Origin: Macrostomum lignano | Taxonomy: Eukaryota | Assembly (NCBI GenBank): GCA_002269645.1 | Contig: NIVC01000437.1 | Span: 47,583-111,582, forward strand | DNA length: 64,000 bases | Reading direction: 5' to 3' | Shown: one piece after another, positions 27,801 through 40,669 of the stretch | Position numbering within the stretch: position 1 is the stretch's first letter | Layout of the letters: every line of letters starts with the position of its first letter | Position numbers and translations under genes: made by a program | The notes under the pieces: model-generated | What the model was told of the DNA's origin: nothing | What the model saw: the letters and a program-made list of their open reading frames with translations, nothing else | The model's database searches: none

Positions 27801-30222
27801 CTTGACAACATAATAATACATCTGAAATAATACTGAAAACACCAAAAACACACTGGACAGTTTTTAGCGCAACAAGGACTGACACGGACAATTGGACGGC
27901 GTAGCAAACCGTCTTATTATTATTAGATTATTATAGTAATTTATTATTAAATAACTTTTTGACACCAAGGAGAAAAGCAACATCGATATTAGGCCAGTTT
28001 CAGTGTGCACTTAACTTGGGGAGACAGGGAAAAGCGATAGATAAGACTAATAAAAATTCTAGAAACTTCTTCTAAAGGTAAGCTTGTAAAACTGCTTCTT
28101 TAACGGCAAGAGATTACTGACAAGACCGAGTCGCGCTTGGACAACAGGGGTCGACTAGAAAAAGCAGACATAAAAAAGTTTATGTATATTACGAGTTATT
28201 ACTATAAAAAGTTATCGGAGACAAAAACAGCTAGAAAAGTCGTTGTGGAACACGCATACTTAAACAAACATAAGTAGCATAAGTTGCGTGCAAGATAAGA
28301 TAATACTAACGAGACAACAATATAAAACATGGCTTTGATGACAGGATTTCACTGTACTGGGCTTGTGCGAACTTATAAAGAGTCTGATTTACATAGCGAA
28401 CTCTTCACCAGTAACTGTAACAAGCGAAATTCGACAAATTCAGGGGTTTCGTCCATAGACATGTACTAAGTAGAAAGTCGCTTTGACATTTGCAGCTTTA
28501 TAAAAGCTGTGTATTCAAGCCCGAGAAGGATACAGAGGCTGTCTTTAAAGCAAGTCTGTCTATAACATAGATCCTAAAATTGTGGCTTGTGGCCATAGAT
28601 CTTATATTCCCTAAATAGGCCACTTTGTATGGCGGAGCAATAGGGAAAGCGCGACCGCTGTTTATCGCCAATTGTGCGAAAAGAGCCGACATGGGTTGCT
28701 TAAATTTTGAGTTTACTCGCAGTAGCTTAGGGACATAGACGCTATTTTTTGAGAATCGAATAAAACTTCTGAATTAATTAAAAAGCTACTCAATTAAACT
28801 AAGAATGAAGAATTCACATGAATTCAATGCAGAGACTACTGACGAAATTGAGTTCAGTAGTTGATTTTCGCGCTGTCGCGAGATACAATTTTTTTTTACA
28901 TTAGCTTCTATGGCCACATTAGCGGATAATGAATGGTCCATCTTGTGTATATGATCTTTGTTTGTGGCTAGCTAAAGGCTGGATCTATTTCATAAGGTCT
29001 TTCATGGCCCCGTGTTGATGAAATCAAAATCGTTGACGCTTGTCATTCGTCGCTATTTTATGAAATCGGCCCCTGATCAGACATGGTCATTAAGAAACAC
29101 AACTCGGTCCTAGCAGGTAAAAAAGTCAAATCAACAGAAGTAAACAAAGACGTCGTGTGCAGTTTATCCAATAAACACACTTATAAAAAGCCACGCTAAC
29201 TGACTAGAATCTGATTGTCCAGAATACACAACAAAAAGTCAAGACTAAAAATCACAAATATGAAACTTTAGACAAATAAAATCGATTTGATAGAACAAAG
29301 AGTTGACTACATACTTAATCCGTGTACACGACTGGAATGATTGGGGCAATGGCAAAACCTGCATTACAATATTACAGATAAATAGCAATAGTAACTTGAC
29401 AAAAGGTTCTATTTCAAAGACACAGGTGACCACAAAGACGTTGGGGAATTGTAAACAGCAGGGCATTGAAGCCGCAGGGAGTAACTATATGGGATATAAC
29501 AATTGGATAGGAGCATTTCTTTACTGATGCGTACAAAGCATTGTTGCTAGAAGACTGACAGATACCAACACGCCATAAGGTAGAGACGGACAGACAAGCA
29601 AATACAAAATTTAGCCGACCTTACATTTTTGCACATTGCATCTTACAATACTCAAAAGTCTATTGAAATACAACAAAAACAAGGTTAATATGACAGTGAT
29701 AGCTTTATCACAAGTCGCCAGAAAGTCGTCATTTTGCATTTACCTCATCAAGTATTGTATAACAACTCTATTTAGGCTACTTGAGTTAGTAGACAGTTAA
29801 GCACTAACACAACCTAAATTTTTACAATTGACTCTCTGCCGCTTGAGTCGTTAAAAAGTCGCAAGAGTCTCCCAGAGTAATTAGAATCACTAGTGAGCTG
29901 TTTGCAATGACTATTTTAGCGGTTCTTGTCACGGTTAACACTTTCAAAGGGTTTGTAGAAAGTAATCAAATTTAAAAAAATTCTATATTGACCAGAAAAT
30001 ATGAGAAATACTGACGTGACAAACAGAGAAACGCAGATTCAAACAAATAGCTGTAAAAGCTGTAGTGTTCAGTTCGATAAAGCTGGAATGCCGTTAATAA
30101 AAAAACGCTACACACACACACACACAGATACACAAACACACAGCCTTTGCTAACAACAGAAACTAACACTAGATATGACTATTGCCGATATAATGATTGC
30201 TCGATCGAATGCTTGAACACAG

Positions 30223-32004
30223 TCACCAGCCGCCACCTGGGGACGGATAGGACAGCTGGCTGCCTAAATTTGATAGCGGCATTTCTAAACTGTTGCCAAC
30301 CGGATGCACCGGCTGCTGCTGCTGATAACCTTGATGATGCCAATTAGATTGGTAATCAGCCGTATTGCCTGGATACTGACTGTACAGCTGCTGCTGCTGC
30401 GGCGGAGGCGGATGCGCCTGATATTGGCCGCTTTGATAATCCATCGGCGTCATCATGCCGCCCGGATGCTGCGCCGGATACTGATGATGATATGGCGATG
30501 CGGCAGGCATAGTGTAATGCGAACGATACTGATGCTGCTGGTTGTACGGATGCTGGGGTGTACCGTAACTGTGATATCCGTGATACCCAGATCGGTTATA
30601 GTACAGGTGCTGCTGCTGCTGTTGCTGCTGCTGCATCGGAGGAGGCGGCGGAGGCGGCGGCAATGATTGCAACAAGCTGCTACCAGCTGAAGAAGAAGAG
30701 TTTCCGCTAGTTGAAGAACTCTTCGGCTTGCACAGCTCCTGTTCTAGAGCTGGCATCAGAGAGGACACTGATGCGGCCGCTGTTGGACTCTGTTTCATTT
30801 CAACACCCGACTGGGTAGATTTTCTACCTGAACGACCAGCAGAAGGCTGCTGCTGCTGCTGCTGTTGTCGCTTCTTCGTGGATGATGGCGACTGCGGCGG
30901 CGGCAGCGAGGCGAGCAGAGACTGTTGCTGAGTTGTCAGAGCTTGAAATTGGCCCGAGTTACAGTCGGGCATTTTTGGCTTGCTGTTAACCTGCTGTTGA
31001 GGATGACGGCACACCAGCGCTCTGCTGTCATATTCAGGAACCAGAGTATCTTCTTCTGGCACGCAACGAACTCGTTGAGTTATCGGAGCAGCCGGCTGAC
31101 AAAACTCGTCGAATTCAATGTCAGCATCAATCTTAGGCCGCTGACTGTCTAACAATTTCAATTGCTCATCAAATCTATTAGAAGATTCAATCCAACGTTG
31201 CAGTCGACAATTTGAAGATTTTTCATCATTACTTTCGTTTTCGAATTCAGCTGTTGGATCGGCGGATTTTAGCGTTGATCGAAATCGCTTCAACAGCGGA
31301 TGGGTTGGTGACGGAGGCGACGCGGAGGGCGGCGGCAGACGGGCAGGCCCGAGAATCTGCATCAGTAGTCGATGATTGCGACGGTATCTGTCAGTGGCGG
31401 CTTGCCTGATTGATTCTGCAGGATCTGGCAGGTCTTCCCATTCGGGCTCTTGATAATGATGGTGAAGCAAGGACTGGTGTCGTCTGTGAGGATGCTGGTG
31501 ACGCATCGGCTGATGCTGATGATGATAAGAGCTACGCTTCGAACCGCTTTGCTCAGGAAAGTCATACACTGATGAGCTGTTCATCTGTTGCTGCTGTTGC
31601 TTCTGCTGCTGCTGCTGCTCTCGATTAGCCAACCAAGCTTTGTACTGAGGCGAGTTGTGATAGAGCCTCATAGCCTCAGTGTGCTTGGCTTTCTCAACCT
31701 CGTATTCGTCAACCAGTTGCTGCTTTTCCGGCTCGCCAAGTTCTCGCCACATGTGGCCGATAATTTTGCCAACTTCCCACAGTTTCAAATTGGGATTGTC
31801 GGCCTTCACGCGGTCCCATACTCTCCGGCTGTAGCGCATGTACGGCATCAGCGGTTTCTCTGGCGGTTTTGGTGGCTTGCCGCTGCGACTGCGCGGCTGC
31901 TGCTGCTGACCTGACTGCGGCTGCAGCGGAGGCGGCGAAGATGAGGGAGATAATGCTGACTGCTGCTGCTGCTGATCATGATTCGGCTTGACTGATTGGC
32001 TCAT
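30223..32004 (-). CDS. SMARCE1: SWI/SNF subunit BAF57 (HMG box), 593 aa, intronless, Q/P-rich tail
   Basis: KPPKPPEKPLMPYMRYSRRVWDRVKADNPNLKLWEVGKIIGHMW closely matches the BAF57 HMG box; NHRLI motif present as YRRNHRLLMQIL. Confidence 0.93.
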   Translation of the reverse strand: MSQSVKPNHDQQQQQSALSPSSSPPPLQPQSGQQQQPRSRSGKPPKPPEKPLMPYMRYSRRVWDRVKADNPNLKLWEVGKIIGHMWRELGEPEKQQLVDEYEVEKAKHTEAMRLYHNSPQYKAWLANREQQQQQKQQQQQMNSSSVYDFPEQSGSKRSSYHHQHQPMRHQHPHRRHQSLLHHHYQEPEWEDLPDPAESIRQAATDRYRRNHRLLMQILGPARLPPPSASPPSPTHPLLKRFRSTLKSADPTAEFENESNDEKSSNCRLQRWIESSNRFDEQLKLLDSQRPKIDADIEFDEFCQPAAPITQRVRCVPEEDTLVPEYDSRALVCRHPQQQVNSKPKMPDCNSGQFQALTTQQQSLLASLPPPQSPSSTKKRQQQQQQQPSAGRSGRKSTQSGVEMKQSPTAAASVSSLMPALEQELCKPKSSSTSGNSSSSAGSSLLQSLPPPPPPPPMQQQQQQQQHLYYNRSGYHGYHSYGTPQHPYNQQHQYRSHYTMPAASPYHHQYPAQHPGGMMTPMDYQSGQYQAHPPPPQQQQLYSQYPGNTADYQSNWHHQGYQQQQPVHPVGNSLEMPLSNLGSQLSYPSPGGGW

Positions 32005-32191
32005 GATTGGACAGCTGCAGCTGAAATCATCATTGTTTTGTTTCGTATTGAATATTAATTGGTAAAGTTGATAAAGTTGAATGCTACTTAAATGTTATTT
32101 TCCTACTAATATTTTTCGCCTACACCTACTTTCATGGCGGCCACTGGGTGCATGATCATTATCATTACCAGACAGCGAATTTTAATTGCCA

Positions 32192-32810
32192 ACCCTAATT
32201 CATACCCCAAATCTTTCCTAAACCCTAACCTTTAACTTAAACCTTATTCCTAACCTAAACTCCAACCCTAATCTATAACCCCAACCCTAACCTGAACCGC
32301 AACCTTAACCTAAACTACAACCTTAGCGTAAACCGCAAACTCAACATGAACTACAACCTTAGCCTAAACCGCAAACTCAACCTAAACTACAACCTTAGCC
32401 TAAACCGCAAACTCAACCTAAACTACAACCTTAGCCTAAACCGCAAACTCAACCTAAACTACAACCTTAGCCTAAACCGCAAACTCAACCTAAACTACAA
32501 CCTTAGCCAACCCGAAAACCACAATCCTAGCATAAACTGCAACCCGAACCTAAACTACAACCTTAGCCTAAACCGCAAACTCAACATAAACTACAACCTT
32601 AGCCTAAACCGCAAACTCAACATAAATTACAACCTTAGCCTAAACCGCAAACTCAACATAAACTACAACCTTAGCCAACCCGAAAACCACAATCCTAGCA
32701 TAAACTGCAACCCGAACCTAAACTACAACCTTAGCCTAAACCGCAACCCTAACCTAAACCTAAAACCTAAACAGTAAACCCTAATCTAAAGCCAACCCCC
32801 AACCCTAACC
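32192..32810. repeat. Degenerate telomere-like array (C-rich on +) with a 36-bp higher-order unit
   Basis: AACCTTAGCCTAAACCGCAAACTCAACCTAAACTAC = six degenerate AACCCT hexamers; CCCTAA units at the edges. Confidence 0.85.
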
Positions 32811-33541
32811 AGTCAAAAGTCGGAAGCTCTAAGCAAATTCTATTAAAATAATAATTTCAAACCAAAAAATAGAACAACAGCTACCATGATTTCCACCCTA
32901 GTATAAAATGTCGCATTTGAAAACGCAAATTTTAATTTTGTTGTTTTAAAATTTTAACTTGGAAAACTAACTAAGCCTAACAAATGGTCGATACAAACAA
33001 CAGTCAACGAAGCATTGGATTCACTGCGTTGAACAAATTTTACAAGCTAAAAATGAATTAAAGCAACTATTCAGTACTGATTAAGGTTAAATAACGTACA
33101 TGATAATGTTGCTTGTTTTGTACAGTTAATTTAGTGATTAACGAGTGAAAACAAGTATATTAAAATGGGATCGAGCCGTGCACTTCAAATTGATGCGGAA
33201 TAAACACATCATAAATTTATATAATAAAAGCTAAAATCACATTTTTATCGAGGTCACATTCAATAATTCTCGCTCAGATTGAATTTTCAACTAAAGGAAA
33301 AAGCTGAAAAATCTACACCAAACAAATAAAATTAGGGCAATATTCAGTTATGGGTGATTACTCGTATAAGTAGCATAGTTTGCATATTACTAAACTAGCA
33401 AATTAACTAGCCAATACAAATTTCAATTATCAACCCGATTAAAACGGTACCCAGACCAAGCAGCGTCCCAGAATTACTGGAGTCGCCCCGGAGACAAGTC
33501 TTAAAACAACGAGATGTCACGGTACAAGCCGCCAAAAAAAA

Positions 33542-34226
33542 TCGTCAAAGAGTCGCCTAAAAGTCAATTTGAGGCCTTTTATCGTCTGCGACTCTGGGTG
33601 AGACTCAAGTGACTGGGGCTTTTTAGAATCGCATTTCGCATTTATGACAACAACTCAATGTCGTATACTCAGGGGGGCCGTAGCCCAGCGGTCTAGCGCA
33701 GGCTCTGGTGTGCCAGCGACCCAGGCTCGATTCCAAGTGCAGTCACATTAATTTGGGCCTGAATTGGAATCTCGGCTTGGCTCTGCTCGTGCAATTAACG
33801 GCCTTGAGAGCCAACCCCCCAAGGCGCAGTGAAGTGTACATGCCTAACGATAAAATAAAGTTAGGGCCGCTGTACACTCCTGTGTGAGTGTGTGCCTGCG
33901 TACGTATCCGCGCGCTTGTGTGCCTGCTCAGGGGAGTCGGGCGGAATGGGCAGTAATGCCTCTCGCCGGTTGTGTGCCAATGTCGCTTAAAGTGCGCCAG
34001 GGTGCACACAACCCCCCTGCCCCCCCCTGCCTTTAATAAAAAAATGTCGTATACTTACTTAAGTGAGTACAAAGTTAAGCGCTAACAGAACTATTCTTGG
34101 TCGACTTTTTGCGACTCTCTAACGATTCTACAGCTCACGTGATGCGGTAGTTTGACTTGTTAATAGGTCACAAGAGTCGAGCTACCAAGCTGTTTGAAAT
34201 GACTCTTTAGACGACTCTTATCACGG
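33542..34226. mobile_element. MITE-like element interrupted by a SINE
   Basis: AAGAGTCGCCTAAAAGTCA (33548-33566) is an inverted repeat of TGACTCTTTAGACGACTCTT (34200-34219). Related ends at ~27086-27140 and ~29885-29934. Confidence 0.5.
33670..34042 (+). mobile_element. SINE family 1, full-length copy
   Basis: 13-bp TSD AATGTCGTATACT (33657-33669 / 34043-34055); near-identical to the 6625 copy. Confidence 0.92.
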
Positions 34227-34344
34227 TAAGGTTTTCAACGGACAGGATCATCATCAACACAACTAAAAACATATTTTGTAAAGGAAAACATTTGAGTTAA
34301 ATCATAATCCAGCTTGATTTGTTGAACTGTCAATTAATAATGAA

Positions 34345-37169
34345 TTAATTCTGACCGCCGCGAGCTCTCCTAGCCTTGTGCTTGTCAAAGCGAGCCTCCA
34401 TCTCGTCCAACACCCTGGGTGTGTACCGGACCACCAGTTTCACTGTGCCCTGGGCAGCCTTCAACAGATCCACAGCTTTCTCGTGGTGCTCGTTCTCAAC
34501 TGACACGCCATTGACGCTGAGCAGCTGATCGCCGCGTTTCAGACTGCCCTCGCGGTCGGCCACGCCACCAGGGATGATCCGGCTGATGTAGATAGGCGAG
34601 TTCTGCTCTTTGCCGCCCATCACGTTGAAGCCAAGGCCTTCCTCAGTTTTTGGCAGTTCAACAACCCGCGGATGCGCGTGACCTTCAGCGGCGGCGAAGG
34701 CAGCCACGGTGGCTTTGGCTGTGGCCGAGGCGCGAACCTCTGGACTGCCGCCAACGTCGACAGTCTCGTAGACATGTTCGTACACTTCGCGAACCATGTT
34801 GCAGAAATCCGACTGTAGAATACGACTTAGAGCGGCCAGCTTCTCGTGCTGAACATCTGGGCAGCTTTGAAGCTTCTCAAGTAGCTCCACAGCGCGCTGG
34901 ATGTCTGTCAGGGAGGCAGGTGGGGGTTACTATATAATTGGGATCACAGAGATGAAGTCATGGTTAAGAATGACTTCTTGGGACTTAACAAGAGGTTTTG
35001 TCTAATTGCAATGGTAATATATAGTGTATAAATGTCATCTTTATATAGATGAACTAGGATATATACATATAGATATAGTAAGTTAACTATGAGCAATTTG
35101 ACTACCACACATTAAGTATCAATCTAGTCCTAATCTAATCCTAGACCTTAACTCAAATAGTAAACCTAATAATCTAAAAACCTTAGCCTAACCTAAACAA
35201 TTAGAAATAAATATGTAACAAAGAGTAAAACCAACTTATAGCTTATTAAACTAGTCTAGAATACTCAGACATTGTCAAGTTATATTGATATTTATCTGTA
35301 ATATTGCAATGTAGGTTTTGCCATTGTCTTGATCATTCGAGTTGTATACATTGATTCAGTATATAGACAACTCTTTGTTCTTTCAAATCAATTTTATTTG
35401 TTGAAAATTGTATTTTAGAATCTATTTTTTCTTCATTTATAATTACTTACTTAAAAAAATTCAATTTTCAACTAGCATAATGTTCTTTGCTGCTTTTAAT
35501 TTTATTACAAAGTTAATACACAAATAAAAATAAATTATAATTCAGTTTAACTAGAAAATTGAACCATACCTGGCAAGAAAATAGTTGAAATGTTCAGTGT
35601 TGGGCACCATTAATGAAAATCTTTACTTCCATTAATAGCAAAAACATTAGCATTAAAACAAAAAATCTTAACTTATAAACTCGTAATTTCATTAAGTTAA
35701 CTGATTATTGTTAATAAGCAATAATCCATTAAAGTTAACACAGAAAATAGAGAAATCTTGTACTAATTTCCAAAGTAGACTTCACAATGCACTATCTTTG
35801 CTTTTGTACCTTTTTAGTGAAACACAGAGGTCATTTAAAGAATTTACGAGCTAAAAAGTAATAAATAATATTTTTAAAAACTTGTATGTATAATACTACT
35901 AAAGGTAAGCATATGGTAAAATAATTAACTTAACTATTTGAAACTTGAAAGCTAATTAGTTAATCAAAAAATATGATTAGGAAGGTTGTTTTAGTAGCAT
36001 TAACAGGCACACTAGAAAGTTAAGAAAGATTGGGAAAGAAGTGAATCAAAGCGATTGATGCTCACGTATAACAATAAAGTTAAACAAATTTTATTTATTA
36101 TTAAAGTTTATTATTAAGAAGTTGTTACATTTGCATAATCATCCTTATAAACAAAGAGATTAATTAGGCATTTAGGTAAATTCAAATACATTTGTAATGT
36201 TATAACTTCTCATCAAACTTATATTTTTGTTCTTTCTTTATGTCTTTATTTGGTCATTGATATTGTCATTAACATTAATGATGAATTTGTCTCACACAAT
36301 TATTAACACAAATTTGTTAATCCCTTAGTTCAAAAAAATCTTCATGGCAGTCTGTTAATGTTAATAAAAAATCTTAATGCTTATTCTATTCATGCTTATT
36401 AACAGATTAATGCTTATTTATTAATGGATTGGTGCCCAAGGCAATACTGGAAATGTCAATTAATAAACAAATAGTTGCTAAATGAATAAACACATTATCC
36501 TTAAGATATAGCATCAGTGGTCATAAATCTGCTTTGTTACCAAAGTGGCTATTATCAAAGAAAGTGGATTATATTCAATCTAAGGGTAAATAAGTCATCA
36601 TATAAACATTTTAATATTATTGGTTTTAATGGAAGTAGAACCAATTAACCAAAGTTATTTTTATTCTAAAACAGGGCCTTGGATATCATTATATCCAAAT
36701 TTATGTTTAAAATTATTTAAACATGCAAAACCAGAAGATTGCTATTTAATTATGATAGCAATTTTTCAATGGCTATATGTCAAGCAAAAAATTTGTGCCT
36801 AAAATAGTTTTAAAGTTGACAGAAACAAACTTTAAATAGTGCAAAATGGTATATACACTTTTAAAGCTTAAATTAAAAATCATTTTATATATTTCTACTC
36901 TATTCTGGCTTTGTTCTCAGTCAGAGAAAAGTAGGTTTTAGACTCAACATTTAAAATTTGTTAGATTTTAGACTATTTTGCTTCAAGTAGAAGAAAACAA
37001 AAATAATAAACTATTAAAAAGCAAAAATGATGCCAGCTTTATACTGGATCAGGAAAGAATAATCCGTAAAAAGGTCAAACTAGGCCAGGCCAGCAGGCCC
37101 TAATGTTTTGCCAATAGAATAGAATGAGTTGTGAGCCTCACCTTGTTGAAGGGTCAGTGGCTCCGCCAT
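34345..37169 (-). CDS. LIN7: Protein lin-7 homolog (L27 + PDZ), 195 aa; exons 37169-37142 and 34904-34345
   Basis: Exon 1 MAEPLTLQQ(G|GTGAGG) joins phase 1 to [13 protein letters not shown]...[39 protein letters not shown]; total 588 nt. Confidence 0.96.
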
Positions 37170-38104
37170 ACTATTCGATTTTTTAATGTAAAATATGGTA
37201 GTAGGGTAGTTATCGCACAGGTTAGATTTATAGTATTCTAAAAATTCTTTTTACTAATTCTAGACTTCTAAGCAGTAGGTTCGATAAAAAAACATTGTTT
37301 TCTTCCGAAGAAATAATAGGAAGGAAATATTGTTAAATTTTTAATATCGTTTTATAGGTTGCATATTAAAACAATCCAATAAAATAACCTAATGTATTTA
37401 CTATATTTCGAAACTACATAAATTTTTGAAAAAGTACAATGCTTTTTTATATTTGTTTTACTAGTTAACAGCAGATTAGTTTTTTAAATTTTATCATTTC
37501 TAGAAAAACCAGAAATTTACAGTCACAATTCTCTTTATACGATATTATAATGTATAGAAATTACTCAATCGCGTGTTTTTTCGTTAATCAGTATCGACTT
37601 ATGCGATGTCTGAATTCTTTGGAACTGTAGACTCGTTTTTAAATATTATTTATTAATTTCGGTAAATAAAAAATCCACGTGCGACGCTACACAATATGAA
37701 TAATTATCGTGTCATAAATTAATGAATACTATGAATAACATGAATAATTTTTCATATCTCGTCGCATCTGCATATTTAATTTCCACATATCATTTAGGCC
37801 ATATTATATTTTAGGCCTAATGTAAAATATTCACGACAATCACTATATAATATACGTCATATACATGTATACCTACTAATATCCCAAGACCCAAAGCAAA
37901 CAGAAACATTGCAACTAATTTTTTACTAATTCTATACATGTCAAAATAGCCTCAGCTAAATTTTTAGCAAATATTTATTTGAATACTTTGCTAAATATTT
38001 TGTTGTATGGTAGGCCCTACTAATCTATGCTTTGATGTTGAATATTTGAAAAGAATTATTTACTTGCTTGTTATTTATACTTTCCTATACATCTATTGTT
38101 ACCA

Positions 38105-39365
38105 TACAAGGGATACTCCAAAAGTTATGCAATTCAACCACTTGCGCAAGTCGCACAATTTTTTAAAATCAACCCTTTGTACAATAAACATGTATATAGA
38201 CATAGTTCCCATCTCAATTTTCAAGTGAATTTATATATGCCTGCACAACCCCTAGTCAAAGTCAGTGACTCCTTAACTGTACGACCGTAGCCATGGAATT
38301 GAATCATGATCAGAATCAGCTACTAATTTGGTACTGCCACAAGCAAAAGCTTATGGCACTTGAGACTCATGCCAAGCTACTGACAACATTAGAGGCTCAA
38401 ATGCTATCATATAGTCATATACTACTGTTACATACTGGTATTGCGAGTTCCAGGTTGGCAGGACTAGCTTTTCTGATGACCCCCAGCCTGGGAGACCTCC
38501 AATAGCAGTGGTGGAGGAAAACATCGCTGTAATGCAGGAGCTGATCCATTAGGATCTGCAAATCACCATGGACATATTAGCTATGATTATGAATGTCGGC
38601 ATTGGATTGGCAGTGGTCAATATAATTTGACACGATCACCTGAGAGTCAGGAAGCTTTGTGCCCAATAGATACCCCACATCCTAACAGATGGTTAGAAAC
38701 AGGCCCGCATGGAGTTCTGTCAGTTTCTCATCAATTGATATGAGTAGGGGAGCCATCAGTGCTGCTCTAAAGTTATCACATTGGTGATGAGACATTTTTC
38801 TATCATTTTGATGCCGAGACAGTGTAGCAGTGCAGAGTGGGTGCTGAAAAGTGGGCAACAACCCCTGAAAGCAAGGTGGTCCCAGTCCTAGGGCAAGGGA
38901 ATGTTTGCCATCTTCTTTGACTCACAAGGTGTGGTGGCGATGGTGAAGCTGGAGGGTCAAACTATAGTCACTGCTCGATGGTACACTAAAGAGTGTTTGC
39001 CAGTTGTGATCCAGAGGGCACCAAGGAAGGGAATGCAAGGGCAGAAGTATTTCAATGCTACCACATCTGCCCTACCCACCCTGCTCACTAGACCTTACCC
39101 CCTGCAACTTCTAGCTCTTTCCAGAAATCAAAAAGTCTCTTAGGGGGTGCAGGTTTTAGTCCGATGAGGTGCTGGAGCAGGTGACAAAGGAGGCAATTGA
39201 CAGCATCCCAAATGAAGAGATCCAGGGCCTCATGAACAAGTGGCTCGGATGAGTGCATAAGTGTTTATAGTTCCAAAGAACCTACTTTGAAGGATTGTAA
39301 TAGAAAAGTTTGGCTGAATTAACTTTAACTAGTTGAATTGCAAAACTTTTAAAGTATCCTTTGTA
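38105..39365 (+). mobile_element. Decayed full-length Tc1/mariner transposon, ~1.26 kb
   Basis: TA-bounded TIRs TACAAGGGATACTCCAAAAGTTATGCAATTCAAC and GTTGAATTGCAAAACTTTTAAAGTATCCTTTGTA. Transposase remnants GDETFFYHFDAET, MFAIFFDSQGVV, PCSLDLTPCNF*LFP, broken by stops and frameshifts. Confidence 0.9.
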
Positions 39366-40669
39366 TATAATATGTATATATATATTTACATATAATAATT
39401 TCTTAGACCCTTTTTCTGAATCATTTGCTAATTAATATAAAGGCCTAACAAAAGACAAATTTAACAAAAAACTAAGAAAAATATTTGTGAATACTTCTTT
39501 TTTTATACTATACATCATAAACCTAATAATTTATATTATTATGAACCTAATGATGCTTGGAGTATGAAGTGTCAAAATAAAAGTAGTAACAAATATTGTT
39601 TTAATGAAATGAAATTTAAATAAAACTAAATGCAATTATAAAGTACATCATTTCATCAGTAGAGAGGTTAGATAGTATACCAATGATCATGATCTCAAAT
39701 TCTTACTTAGACTTATAATCCAAAGGAAAATTGGATTCCCATAAAATCAAGATCTTGACCCTAGAAATAGGAATTTGGAATAGCTCTTTTAAGTGAACTT
39801 TTTACTCATTTTTAGAATTAGTGATTACTTGAATGCATTTTGTTTTAACTTTTATTTTTTATTTTATTATTTTATTAGTCTTAAAACTTTGTATTTGTTA
39901 TATTATGTTTTACTTATTCTCTAGTAAGTGTAAATATAAGTCTATATTATAGACCCAAAAACTATAGTATACTAAAAAACCTAATCCAAATAGCTATTTC
40001 ATCCCTATGACTGCATCTTTGATAGTCATATATGCATAGATTTGAGACAAGCATCAATTGATCTCATTGGCTAGGATGCCATCTATTATTTCCTCTTTTT
40101 GCTCCTTTATTCTCTTCCTTCTTTTTCTGTCTTACATATAATCTTTCCTAGCAGTTTTCCTTTGTTCATTTTATTTTTGTACCTAAATTTTTAGCCTCAA
40201 GAGTAGTTTATATATCTCTAGCTTTATATTCTTATTCTATACATACTACTATTAGTACCTCTAATGATCATGTCTTATCTCTTGTCAAATTCCAAGTGCT
40301 AACTTCACTATGCCTTCGAGGTTGGCCCTCAAAGGTGTTAATTGCATAAGCAGAACCAAACCAAGATTCCAATTTAGCCCCAAAATTAATGTGACTGCAC
40401 TTGGAATCGAGCTTGGGCTATTGGTACATCACAGCGCCGTGTTAGGCCACTAGGTTATTGCACCTCTAACTATGGCACAAACAACCTAGCTAGCCAATGT
40501 CTGTTTGTGTACTTTAATGTTTTTTTCACTCCTACTTGTAACAAATAAATTACATTTCTTGTTATCTATCTTTACTGGTGTAAGAATTAATTTGTTAATC
40601 TGCAGCCTAGCAGTTCATTACTGATTATTGTAAGCCAAAGAAAAAACTTTTCTCTGCAATCAGAAAGCA

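Noticed and set aside
30304-31914. Plus-strand ORFs overlapping SMARCE1 (similar antisense ORFs over other exons)
   Set aside because: Shadow ORFs of GC-rich, CAG-repeat coding sequence with no independent motifs.
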